Source: an uncultured Acidobacteriota bacterium
GTDB taxonomy: Bacteria; Acidobacteriota; Terriglobia; Terriglobales; Acidobacteriaceae
DNA: 64,000 bases
Direction: 5' to 3'
NCBI GenBank assembly: GCA_963725565.1
Contig: CAVRZL010000019.1
Location: 39,295 to 103,294, forward strand
Below the pieces are notes generated by a model. The model was given only the letters and a program-made list of their open reading frames with translations. It was not told where the DNA came from and did not search any database. This document shows, piece after piece, positions 18,554 through 27,615 of the stretch. The translations under genes were made by a program, and so were the position numbers. The stretch's first letter is position 1. Each line of letters starts with the position of its first letter.

Positions 18554-20989
18554 ATGAATGCGAGGACGAAACGTGAGATGAGTGGTCTCCTTCAGGACCT
18601 GCGCTATGTGATGCGGCAGTTGCGCAGGAGCCCCGGATTCTCCTGCACGGCCATTTTCTTCATCGCCCTGGGCATTTGCGCCAGTGTGTCTATCTTCGCC
18701 TTTGTGGACGCGGCGCTGATCCAGCCCTTGCCTTACCGTGACCCATCCAACGTAGTTGGTGTTTTTGTAAGAAGCGACACTACGCCGCGAGACAGCGTTT
18801 CGTATTTGAATTTCCAGGACTGGAGAACTCTCAACAGCGTTTTCAGTTCTATCGATGCGTATTCTGCGCACGATGCGGCCAACGGCGGCTTTATGCTGAG
18901 CACGCCCACGGGCGCACAGCAAGTGTCTGAAACCCGCATTACTCCGGGCCTCCTGCGCACTCTCGGCGTCAGGCCGGTACTTGGACGCGATTTCTATCCT
19001 AATGAAGATTCACCGTCAGCGCCTCAGACACTCATGCTGAGCTATGCGTCGTGGCAAAATCGGTTCGGCGGAAGAGCAGATGTCATCGGACAGACAGTCG
19101 TGCTGGAGGGCGTGCCAAACATCATCGTCGGCGTTCTGCCGAAGGATTTTCATTTCGCCCCGGTTGGTCCGGCTGAGTTTTGGGGTGTGATTCGAGCCTC
19201 GGACTACTGCGAACAGGTTCGTGGCTGCCGCAATCTCAACACAGTGGCACGGCTGAAAAACGGTGTCTCCCTCCAGGCGGCGTTAGCCGATATGAAGTCG
19301 GTTGCCGGAGATTTGGAAAAGGAGTACCCGGACAGCAATCATGGTCAGGGTGTGAATGTGGTGACGCTGAGCGAGGTGATCGTAGGAGATGTACGTCCGG
19401 TCTTGCTGCTGTTGCTTAGCGGAGCGGGGCTGTTGCTGTTTATTGCATGCGTCAATGTGGCTTGCCTGTTGCTGGTTCGATCCGATAGCCGCAAGCGTGA
19501 AATTGCTGTCAGGGAGGCTCTGGGCGCGGCTCCCGCCCGATTGATTCGCCTGTTCGCAATGGAAGGGCTGCTACTGGCAGCGACGGGCGGGTTGCTGGGT
19601 TTAGCTTCGGCCGCGTGGGTGATGAAACTCCTGAGCAAACTCATCCCGCCCGACTTGCTGGGCAACATGCCGTATCTACAGAGTCTCGGGTTCAGCTTCC
19701 ATGTCATAGCTTTCGCTGGGGCGATCTGCCTTTTGGCCGGAGTGCTTTTTACCTTGACTCCGAAGTTATCTGTATCGCTGTCCCATCTGCGACTAGGGCT
19801 CTCAGAAGGCACTCGGTTGGCAACCGGGACGACCTGGCGCCGCTTTGGTTCCAATCTTGTGATCACCGAACTGGCGATTGCGATGGTGCTGCTCGTAGGC
19901 GCTGGACTACTGGGCAAGAGCCTTTATCGTTTGCTTCACGAGGACATCGGATTTGAGGCCGACCACCTGGCAACCTTACAGATCGAGGGGCCGAGGGGGG
20001 TCGATGGCATTGTGTTAGCGCAAGAAGTTGTGGATCGCGTCTCGATTTTGCCCGGTGTGAAGTCGGTCGGTGTCTCCAGTTCCCTTCCGGTTGGCCCGGT
20101 ATGGGGAGTGGGGCTATTCAAGCTACTAGGACGACCTGACCAAGGCGAGGATCACGAAGCATTCTATCGGCAGGTAAGTCCCGGTTACTTCCAAACGCTG
20201 CAGGCGCGACTATTGCGGGGACGTTATTTTACAGAAGCGGAGGATGGATCGAAGCCTCGCGTTGTCATTGTCAATCAGGCGCTAGTAAAAAGATATTTTC
20301 CGGGAGAGAACCCCGTCGGCAAGCACATCGGGCAACCCAATTTGCCCATGGAAATCGTCGGTGTGGTTAATGACATCCAGGAAGGGCCTCTGGACAATGG
20401 GAGCACACCCGTTGTGTATGAGGCGTTCAAACAGGACCCGTGGCGAGGCTTCTCAATCGCCGTACGTACGTCGCGTTCAAGTGTCTCGCTTCTCCCCACG
20501 CTAGCCGCGGCGATCCATGAAATTAATCGCGGTATCTCAGTGCACAATGAAAGCACGATGGTGGATTTGATTAACGACTCGCCGTCTGCCTACTTGCATC
20601 GCTCGTCGGCCTGGCTGGTGGGAAGCTTCGCCACGATAGCCTTTGTGCTCAGTGTGGTTGGACTCTACGGCGTAGTAGCCTACTCCGTTACCCAGAGAAC
20701 CCGGGAGATCGGAGTACGCATGGCACTCGGGGCTCAACGCAATTCTGTGTACAGGCTGATTCTGACAGAAGCGGCTTGGCTGGCTGCCATCGGGATTGTC
20801 GTGGGGCTGATCGGCACTTTGGCTGCCACGAAGCTGACGCAGGGATTGCTTTACGAGGTCCGATTCTGGGACGTGCCAACCTTGGTAGCCGTAGCCTCGG
20901 TGCTGGGAGTCTCGTTCTTGCTTGCCGCATGGCTTCCCGCACGTCGTGCCGCCAGAGTAGATCCAATAGTGGCTTTGAGATGCGAATAA
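18554..20989 (+). CDS. ADOP family duplicated orphan permease (MacB/FtsX-like)
   Basis: 811 aa with two MacB-PCD/FtsX halves and an N-terminus LLQDLRYVMRQLRRSPGF typical of the acidobacterial duplicated orphan permeases. No adjacent ATPase. Confidence 0.85.
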   Translation: MNARTKREMSGLLQDLRYVMRQLRRSPGFSCTAIFFIALGICASVSIFAFVDAALIQPLPYRDPSNVVGVFVRSDTTPRDSVSYLNFQDWRTLNSVFSSIDAYSAHDAANGGFMLSTPTGAQQVSETRITPGLLRTLGVRPVLGRDFYPNEDSPSAPQTLMLSYASWQNRFGGRADVIGQTVVLEGVPNIIVGVLPKDFHFAPVGPAEFWGVIRASDYCEQVRGCRNLNTVARLKNGVSLQAALADMKSVAGDLEKEYPDSNHGQGVNVVTLSEVIVGDVRPVLLLLLSGAGLLLFIACVNVACLLLVRSDSRKREIAVREALGAAPARLIRLFAMEGLLLAATGGLLGLASAAWVMKLLSKLIPPDLLGNMPYLQSLGFSFHVIAFAGAICLLAGVLFTLTPKLSVSLSHLRLGLSEGTRLATGTTWRRFGSNLVITELAIAMVLLVGAGLLGKSLYRLLHEDIGFEADHLATLQIEGPRGVDGIVLAQEVVDRVSILPGVKSVGVSSSLPVGPVWGVGLFKLLGRPDQGEDHEAFYRQVSPGYFQTLQARLLRGRYFTEAEDGSKPRVVIVNQALVKRYFPGENPVGKHIGQPNLPMEIVGVVNDIQEGPLDNGSTPVVYEAFKQDPWRGFSIAVRTSRSSVSLLPTLAAAIHEINRGISVHNESTMVDLINDSPSAYLHRSSAWLVGSFATIAFVLSVVGLYGVVAYSVTQRTREIGVRMALGAQRNSVYRLILTEAAWLAAIGIVVGLIGTLAATKLTQGLLYEVRFWDVPTLVAVASVLGVSFLLAAWLPARRAARVDPIVALRCE

Positions 20990-21074
20990 GAGGAATTGTG
21001 CCCTGCGCCCGTCTAAGCAACGTTCTTGCTGGGGCATTGGTCTTCGCCACCTAGCTTTCGGTTTGGTTCCTTCC

Positions 21075-21109
21075 GCAAAATAAAACCGGCGACGGTTGGC
21101 CGTCGCCGG
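21075..21109 (-). terminator. intrinsic terminator (minus-strand gene 21134-22090; hairpin also faces the convergent ADOP gene)
   Basis: The stem CCGGCGACGG / CCGTCGCCGG has loop TTGG. On the minus strand it is followed by TTTTATTTTGC. Confidence 0.6.
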
Positions 21110-21133
21110 TCTGGGACTAACTGAGCGGAGAAT

Positions 21134-22090
21134 CTAATTCAGCTGATCGAGTTCCACGCCATCGCCCGCATGCACATCCTCCATTGAGAAGACGACCATG
21201 CCGGTTGCGGTGGTGTTGGTGACCCCGATAATGACGATCTCGCCCACGGCTCGGCGGGGCAGGTCGCGCACGTGAATCACCGGGCCATTGCCTTTCTCGA
21301 ACAGGCCGGGATCAAAGGAGGGCGTCTTCTTTTGCGTGTCCTCGGAGATGGAAGCCTTGAATGACAAGGAATCCACTGGATCTTTCAGATCGGCGTCATA
21401 GGTGCGCACGGCGCGAAAGTAGTCGCCGATTTTCACGCCCTGGTTGGAGCCGACGTTGATGTACAGCTTGTGGCCGGTCCCCATTTGGGAATCGAAATCT
21501 TTTCCCATCACGATGCGCCCGGAAACTTTGCTGCTGGCCGGCATGAACCGGTCGAAGCGAACGGGAGCATGGAAAGTGACCGCTTGTTTTTCGACGAAAG
21601 GAATTGCGGTGTCACCCGGGTTAACGCCGTCACAGGCATATTCAATCTGCGCGATGGCCGTCCGGCTGCGCGTATCAATGATCTTGACGCGGCCAATTTC
21701 TTCGTAGGGCTGCCCGGTCTCTTTCAACATCTTCCGCTGGCCGGGATACACTTCGTATTCGTTCACATCCCGCAAAGCCCGGACGATTTCGTATTCGGCG
21801 CCCGCGGCATAACCCGATCCCTTCAGGTACACCATGTCGCCACGAACGAACTTGGTGGTGGTGGGCGATTGCAATCCCCCGGCGATGAAGTTCGCGTCCG
21901 GCAGGGTCTGTTTGCTGATAAAGCCCGCGCAATACAGATCACTGTACGTGGGAGTCATCACCCGCTCGCCGGGAAAACTGTTGCTGGTTGGCGCGGTGCC
22001 CTGCGGAATCTCGGGAGCGGCCGTATCCGCCGCGGTTTGCGCCCAGCCCGCCGTGGCGAGCAACAATACTAACAATCCTGTTTTCTTCAT
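21134..22090 (-). CDS. hypothetical secreted protein
   Basis: 318 aa with the signal peptide MKKTGLLVLLLATAGWAQ and coding-like composition. No family recognised. Confidence 0.6.
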   Translation of the reverse strand: MKKTGLLVLLLATAGWAQTAADTAAPEIPQGTAPTSNSFPGERVMTPTYSDLYCAGFISKQTLPDANFIAGGLQSPTTTKFVRGDMVYLKGSGYAAGAEYEIVRALRDVNEYEVYPGQRKMLKETGQPYEEIGRVKIIDTRSRTAIAQIEYACDGVNPGDTAIPFVEKQAVTFHAPVRFDRFMPASSKVSGRIVMGKDFDSQMGTGHKLYINVGSNQGVKIGDYFRAVRTYDADLKDPVDSLSFKASISEDTQKKTPSFDPGLFEKGNGPVIHVRDLPRRAVGEIVIIGVTNTTATGMVVFSMEDVHAGDGVELDQLN

Positions 22091-22325
22091 GTTACCTCCG
22101 GAGAAGGACGCCCAGCGCCCGGCCCCATAGTTAAATGCCAGAAAAGAAAGGCTTCAGCCGGAAGGTAACAAGCGGGTAAGGGTGGGTCAAGGTTACGAGG
22201 GTGTTGGGCACTGCGGAGCATTATTTTCGCCTGGTTTCGCAATCCCTTGTTGCGTAACTTGTTAAGCCCCTGTAATAATTCGCCGTTCATTCGGGTGCGC
22301 CCGAAATCGGTTGTCTGAACCAACG

Positions 22326-23885
22326 ATGAACCCTAGCCTTCCCTACATGCCACGACTCTTCCCCATGCGCCTGCCCCGGGTATGCGTGGCCGTCATTGGG
22401 GCGGATGGCAACGAATTGACCGAGAAAGCGGAAGCTCTGGTTCGGGATAACCCGTTCATGGAGTTCAGGTTAGACTACGTTTCGAAGCCGGGGCTGGCGC
22501 TCCCCAGGGTCAAGCGATTCCTGGAGAGCCATCCCGGGACAGTGGTCATCGCAACCTGCCGCAGGACGTCGAATGGGGGCAAGTTTAGCGGTTCCATCGC
22601 GTCTCAACTGGACATTTTGGGTAAGGCAGCAGCCGCAGGGTGTCAACTAGTTGACGTCGAACTGCAAACTGCCGCCAAGTGCAAGCCCGAGCAGCTGCAA
22701 AAACTTCGCACGCGCGCTGGACTGATCCTGTCGTTCCACGACTTTCGAGCTACCAAGAATCTCGATGAGAATCTCGAGAAGATGCTGGCCTATCCCGCCG
22801 ACTTCTACAAAGTTGTGAGCACCGCAACCACGCTGGCCGACAATGTCACGCTGATCAAGTTCCTGGCCCGCGAGGGCGACCGGCATTCTTTGGTCAGCAT
22901 GTGCATGGGGGAGCAGGGCATCATCAGCCGCGTCCTGGGAGTTCGGGCTGGCAGCGTATTCACCTTCGCCTCGGCAGGCGCCGGGCAGGAAACCGCTCCC
23001 GGGCAAGTGACGGCGCAGGAACTGCGCAGCGTCTACCGCATCGAGCAGGTTGACGTTGCTACCAGGGTATACGGAGTCGTCGGCGACCCCGTGGCCCACT
23101 CTCTTTCCCCGGCAATCATGAATGCCGCCTTCCGGCGTGAGAACGTCAACGCGGTCTATCTGACTCTGCACGCCAAGACCCTGAAAGACCTGCTGACCTG
23201 CGTCCGCGAGATCCCGATCCACGGCATCAGCGTGACCATGCCTTACAAAGAGGCGATTCTCTCGCACCTGGACAACACCGATTCGCACACCACCAAGATT
23301 GGGGCCTGCAATACGGTCGTTCGTGCGCAAGACGGCAAGCTTTACGGTTTCAATACGGATGCGGCAGGAATTGTGCGTCCCCTGGAGCGCCGGCTGAATA
23401 CGCTCGAAGGGGCAAGGATTCTGGTGATCGGAGCGGGAGGCGCGGCCCGGGCGGCTGTGTTCGGCCTGAAGGAGCGGGGATGCGAAGTCTACATTCTGAA
23501 CCGCAGCCTGGCCCACGCCAAGAAGTTGGCGCATCAGGCCCGGGCCCGCATCATGAAGCGCCCTGACCTGAAAAAAGCGGCCTTCGATGTCATCATCAAC
23601 GCAACCCCGGTGGGTATGGGCAATTCGCGCGAGACGCCGTTACAGGACAAAGAGATCAATGCCCGTTATGTCTTTGACATGGTTTACGATCCGCCCGAGA
23701 CCAGACTGATGAAACTGGCCCAGGAGCGGGGTGCTCAAGTCATCCCCGGCATCGAAATGTTTGTGCATCAGGCGGCCCGTCAGTTCGAAATCTGGACGGG
23801 CAAGCCCGCTCCCTGGGATGAAATGCTGAGGGTCGTTCTGCTGGCCCAACAAGAGCGCGCCAACCGCTCTGCCGCCGCTAAATAA
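22326..23885 (+). CDS. aroDE: bifunctional 3-dehydroquinate dehydratase (type I) / shikimate dehydrogenase
   Basis: The N-terminal half is AroD-like (FRLDYV...FHDF). The C-terminal half is AroE (YGVVGDPVAHSLSPAIMNAAF, ISVTMPYK, GAGGAARAA). The first ATG of ORF 22311-23885 is chosen as start. Confidence 0.88.
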   Translation: MNPSLPYMPRLFPMRLPRVCVAVIGADGNELTEKAEALVRDNPFMEFRLDYVSKPGLALPRVKRFLESHPGTVVIATCRRTSNGGKFSGSIASQLDILGKAAAAGCQLVDVELQTAAKCKPEQLQKLRTRAGLILSFHDFRATKNLDENLEKMLAYPADFYKVVSTATTLADNVTLIKFLAREGDRHSLVSMCMGEQGIISRVLGVRAGSVFTFASAGAGQETAPGQVTAQELRSVYRIEQVDVATRVYGVVGDPVAHSLSPAIMNAAFRRENVNAVYLTLHAKTLKDLLTCVREIPIHGISVTMPYKEAILSHLDNTDSHTTKIGACNTVVRAQDGKLYGFNTDAAGIVRPLERRLNTLEGARILVIGAGGAARAAVFGLKERGCEVYILNRSLAHAKKLAHQARARIMKRPDLKKAAFDVIINATPVGMGNSRETPLQDKEINARYVFDMVYDPPETRLMKLAQERGAQVIPGIEMFVHQAARQFEIWTGKPAPWDEMLRVVLLAQQERANRSAAAK

Positions 23886-23924
23886 GCGGCCTGCGATGCC
23901 TCTCGATAAGAAAAAAATAGGGAT

Positions 23925-23966
23925 GGGTGGCCCATCCTTTGCGTTCTTTGCAAAGGGTGGGCATTC
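23925..23966 (+). repeat. REP hairpin (GGGTGGCCCATCCTTTGC...GCAAAGGGTGGGCATTC)
   Basis: Imperfect palindrome CCCATCCTTTGC / GCAAAGGGTGGG. Inverted copies lie downstream of the RAYT gene. Confidence 0.8.
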
Positions 23967-24040
23967 CCAATTCTGGACCGCTTGGAGTTTTTAGTTTTCT
24001 TTGCGGTCGAGAACCGGGGTTGTGGTCTTAGATTAGAGGC

Positions 24041-24585
24041 ATGCCAAGGGCCTGAAGCGCTATTACGGCGACGACCATCTGCACTTTCTTACCTGCAGTT
24101 GCTATCATCGGCAGCGCTGGCTTGATAGCAAGCGCGAGCGTGATTTGTTTCTACAGCTTCTGGAGCAAGTCCGGCAGCGCTACCGCTTCGTGGTGGTCGG
24201 ATACGTGGTCATGCCGGAGCATATGCATCTGCTGATCAGCGAACCGGAGCGGGGCACGCCCTCGACGGTGATGCAGGTGGTGAAGCAGCGTTATGCGCGC
24301 CGTCGTTTGCGCAAGAAAAAACGCAAAGCTGGGCAGGGGGAGTTGTGGCCAGAGCAGGAACAGCGGGTCTGGCAGCGGCGCTTTTACGACTTCAATGTAT
24401 GGGGTGAGCGCAAGCGCGTGGAAAAACTCCGGTATATGCATCGCAACCCGGTAAAACGAGGGCTGGTGCTGGAGCCGGAACAATGGGAGTGGAGTAGTTA
24501 CCGCAGCTACGCCTATGGAGAGGCAGGCGTGGTGAAGATCAATCAGTGGCCGGCCGCGGTGATGCGGGTTCGGACCGTGGCCTAG
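24041..24585 (+). CDS. REP-associated tyrosine transposase (RAYT, IS200/IS605-like Y1 transposase); N-terminus out of frame
   Basis: HUH motif MPEHMHLL and catalytic Tyr region YMHRNPVKRGL. The frame is open from 24037 (..KGLKRYYGDDHLHFLTCSCYHRQRWL), but the only ATG (24041) is offset by one base. Either one base is missing in the AAGGGCC run, or the protein is truncated and starts at TTG 24145. Confidence 0.8.
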
Positions 24586-24612
24586 CTGTCAGCGCCACCA
24601 GGACAGCGCCTC

Positions 24613-24689
24613 GAATGCCCACCCTTTGCAAAAAACGCAAAGGATGGGCCACCCGGATGCTGTGCTAGGGTGCAAAGGGTGGGCCACCC
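24613..24689 (-). repeat. REP hairpin copies (one full inverted copy 24613-24654 plus half-site 24668-24689)
   Basis: GAATGCCCACCCTTTGCAAAAAACGCAAAGGATGGGCCACCC is followed by GGGTGCAAAGGGTGGGCCACCC, immediately 3' of the RAYT stop. Confidence 0.8.
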
Positions 24690-24804
24690 GCCTTGCCCTG
24701 TACAGCATAGAGCAGGGCGTTGGACTCAACTGGTCTCTGCAGATTCCGCTCCCATATTGCAGTGCTGCGGGGCCGTTCTGAGAAGTGTTGGGGGGAGTGT
24801 AAAG

Positions 24805-25062
24805 GTGAAACGGCGAGAGCAATGGCGGCCTGTTCTGGACGCGGAGCTGAAGCGGTGGAGTGCGAAGTCCTGCGAGCAGCTTCTTGCAGAGCTACGGGAG
24901 GTGCAGGCATACGAGACCGAGTTCGAGAGCAGGAAGTACCAGGTTGAAGTCGAAATCCTGGAGAACACGGAAAAGTATGTTCACGTGATGGTGGCCGTGG
25001 ACGACGGCAGTCTTCCAGCCTCCATCCGCCCATTAAGCGAGAGCTTTATCCGTGAGAAGTAG
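24805..25062 (+). CDS. hypothetical small protein
   Basis: GTG start 7 nt after GGGGGAG, about 85 aa (VKRREQWRPVLDAELKRW...VMVAVDDGSLPASIRPLSESFIREK). No family recognised. Confidence 0.45.
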   Translation: MKRREQWRPVLDAELKRWSAKSCEQLLAELREVQAYETEFESRKYQVEVEILENTEKYVHVMVAVDDGSLPASIRPLSESFIREK

Positions 25063-25186
25063 GAGCTGATTCAAGGGTGCGTGCCAGGATGTAACGGAGC
25101 GTTGTCGTCCGCCAGACCTAATTTAGCGGGGTTGCTGTGCGGTATCAGGGAGAGTCAAAACCTGCGCCGCCTACGGCGTCGGGGGC

Positions 25187-25220
25187 GGGTGGCCCACCCT
25201 TCGTTCGTTGAAGGGTGGGA
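25187..25220 (+). repeat. REP hairpin variant
   Basis: GGGTGGCCCACCCTTCGTTCGTTGAAGGGTGGGA, with stem CCCACCCTTC/GAAGGGTGGG. Confidence 0.7.
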
Positions 25221-25336
25221 TTTAGGACTGATAGCAACTACATCTACGCATCGGACTTTTTGGGCACGGGCACAATCCCTTAGCATCGCCCCAGCACCCC
25301 TCCCGTGAACGCTTTGGATATCGTAAGTGTGCGCCG

Positions 25337-26155
25337 TTACAGCCTGACTGGCCACCATGCGACCGTCTCCAAGGGCTCGTGCCGCAGGTAATTCAAGGCC
25401 TGCGTGAGCGAATCGACGCAGTCGTCGTGCGTCCCCTTGGGAAACGCGGCCAGTTCGTCGATGAAATCACTGAGCCAGGGCGCCGACTCGGGCAGGAAAA
25501 CCTTGCCCGCCTCGACCAATGGCGTCACCGACTGCGCGCGCGACAGCTTGTCCGTGTCCACCTTCACCGCGGTGATGGGAAGGCGCGTCGAGTGACGCAG
25601 CTCCTGGATCAGGCTCTGGCCGGACGCTCGGTCCTCGACCAGAATCTGGCTCGGCTTCCACTGCTCCGCGAGCCAGGCCATCCGCCGCTTCAGCTCCGGG
25701 AACTCGACCCGCTCGCGCCACAGCCAGAGCAGGTAGTACCCGCTGTCCGTCACGCCCCAGACGGTGCAGACGGAGTAGTCATTCTCCGCGCCCAGCTTGA
25801 ACGCCGTGTCCCACGACTGGATCACACGATTGCATGCGGGCTGGTCACGGTAGAAGCGCCACCAGTTGCGGCGAAACACCGCGCCCTCGGCGGCCGAGGG
25901 CTGCTGCCGGTACAGGCTGTTCCACGCCGCGCCCCCGATCGCGCCCCGGATCGCCTGCAACAACTCCAGTGGGAACTTCTCCGGCCAGAGGGCCTCGCCC
26001 TCCTTTCGGAACTCGTCGTCGACCTCGGCGATGGCCGGCATGTTGATGACCTCCCAATTCTCGTCGGCGTGCTCGCGCAGCAGGCGCCCGGGAAGGTCGT
26101 CCTCGTGACACCGCGTGACATTTACACGGGGCCAACTGACTCGGGGCACGAGCAA
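25337..26155 (-). pseudogene. phage terminase large subunit, N-terminally truncated remnant
   Basis: 272 aa beginning within the ATPase coupling motif (TRCHEDDLPGRL). The nuclease half is intact-looking (DYSVCTVWGV...ILVEDRASGQSLIQEL...FPKGTHDDCVDSLTQAL). The Walker A region is absent and a REP fragment lies directly upstream. Confidence 0.8.
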
Positions 26156-26501
26156 ACCGCAGGTAAACCGCCTCAGACCATGGGATTACCCCACTCAAGC
26201 CAAAGGCGGGCTTGAGTGGGCCACGCGTTTCATTCATAGAAGCCGTCCAACAATTGAATCCATCCGACCGCTCCGCCGCCGCCAAATAAGCGGCGCGCGA
26301 TGCCTCTCCGCAAGAAAAAGTTGCATTTTCCATGGTGCCCAAAGTAATATGCAATTAGGAAGCGCGACTGTAAAGCGTTTCCGGTTCGTTGCCCAGTACC
26401 GCCCGGTTCCTTACTTCCAGACTCGCTGTTCAAGCTTTGGCGAAAAAACTCGACGTGAGAGGCGGCTTGGTCCGTCTCCATCCCGGTTCGGAGAGTTCAA
26501 C

Positions 26502-27248
26502 ATGGCGTGGTACGCGTACTGTCTTACCGAGCACCAAACCCTCCCAAATGGAACCCGCACTCGCCGCCCTTTTCTGCTAGAGGGCGTTCAAGGAGTCAAT
26601 GGCGCGGCGGTTCTCAGCTATCCCAGTGGTGAATTCGCTGTGATTGTCAGCGAATACGACCACACAGCCGCTGAACTGGACCAGAAATCCGCAATCGAGC
26701 ACGCTCGCGTAGTCAGCAACTGCTTCCGCAATTCCACCGTCCTACCCTTTAAATTCGGCACGATTTTCGAAAGTGACGATGCCCTGCGCCAGGCGGTCCG
26801 GGTCAACCGGCGAGCCTTTGGCCTGAGCGTCGCCCGGCTCCGGGGTAAGTCGGAGATGCACATCAAGCTGGTGGTGAGGGATGGCTCGTTGCGGGAAGCC
26901 ATGATCGATGTCGAGTTGCCGGATACGGTCGGCGGCGACTACCTCTCCAAACTGCGCGTGAAAGCGTCCCGGGAACGCGAGCGCCAGACCAAGGCACGCG
27001 CCCTGTCGGTCCAAGTCCACAAGCTGTTTAATCCACTGGAAGAAGAAGTCAGCTGCAAGAAGGTTGCTCCTGAGGGGATGCTGATCGATATTGCCCACCT
27101 CATCGACACCAAGAGCGTGGAAAAGTATCAAAACCGCTATAACACGGCTGCTAAACAATTGAAAAATTGCGAAGTAGTGATCAGCGGACCGTGGCCACCG
27201 TATCACTTCCTGCCGGGCAAGTTACGGACGGTAGCGGGCAACAGCTAG
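26502..27248 (+). CDS. GvpL/GvpF family protein (orphan, no other gvp genes nearby)
   Basis: ATG at 26502 after GGAGAG, 248 aa. Family landmarks: WYAYCL..LEGVQGVNGAAV..FAVIVSEY, HARVVSNCFRNSTVLPFKFGTIF, and the C-terminal ISGPWPPYHF. Confidence 0.8.
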   Translation: MAWYAYCLTEHQTLPNGTRTRRPFLLEGVQGVNGAAVLSYPSGEFAVIVSEYDHTAAELDQKSAIEHARVVSNCFRNSTVLPFKFGTIFESDDALRQAVRVNRRAFGLSVARLRGKSEMHIKLVVRDGSLREAMIDVELPDTVGGDYLSKLRVKASRERERQTKARALSVQVHKLFNPLEEEVSCKKVAPEGMLIDIAHLIDTKSVEKYQNRYNTAAKQLKNCEVVISGPWPPYHFLPGKLRTVAGNS

Positions 27249-27318
27249 CCAACATTGGGACACTTCGTACGGTCGAGGCGCCGGGACAAAATCCCGGCGC
27301 TAACCTTTTGCACTTCCC

Positions 27319-27615
27319 ATGACCCGGAAAGCCAAAGCGCGGATCGGGCTAGCGGCCATCAGCTTCTTTGTCATTGGCTCGCTTGCAGGCAGATTCATTG
27401 GGGTGATGGCCTTCTCCCTGCTCAGCAGCGCAGTTGTACTTGGATTTCTGGGTTACACCATCTGGAGCATTCATACCTCTAGAAAAAGGAGCTCCCCGCT
27501 TACGGAGGGCCGGCTTCGAAGAGGTCCAGATTCTTTCCTTTCCGGGCGAAAGCGTGCAGAGAATGTGCACACTTCTTCACTCTCGCGGGCCACAAAGCGC
27601 TCTCCGCCGGAGTAG
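27319..27615 (+). CDS. small two-TM membrane protein, hypothetical
   Basis: 98 aa with two hydrophobic helices (GLAAISFFVIGSLAGRFIGV and AFSLLSSAVVLGFLGYTIW) and a basic tail. Confidence 0.4.
   Translation: MTRKAKARIGLAAISFFVIGSLAGRFIGVMAFSLLSSAVVLGFLGYTIWSIHTSRKRSSPLTEGRLRRGPDSFLSGRKRAENVHTSSLSRATKRSPPE

Larger units (their letters stand above)
23916..26266. mobile_element. degraded integrated element (REP/RAYT plus truncated phage terminase) bounded by an imperfect duplication of the aroDE 3' end
   Basis: 23863-23915 and 26267-26319 are ~53-bp imperfect direct repeats. The right copy still encodes an AroE-like tail (AVQQLNPSDRSAAAK* versus LAQQERANRSAAAK*). No integrase remains. Confidence 0.5.

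Noticed and set aside
17837-18922. 361-aa minus-strand ORF
   Set aside because: It is antisense to the AMMECR1 and ADOP permease genes, is Arg-rich and has no family resemblance.
25379-26215. 278-aa plus-strand ORF
   Set aside because: It is antisense to the terminase remnant, with shadow-ORF composition (R/P/G/L rich).
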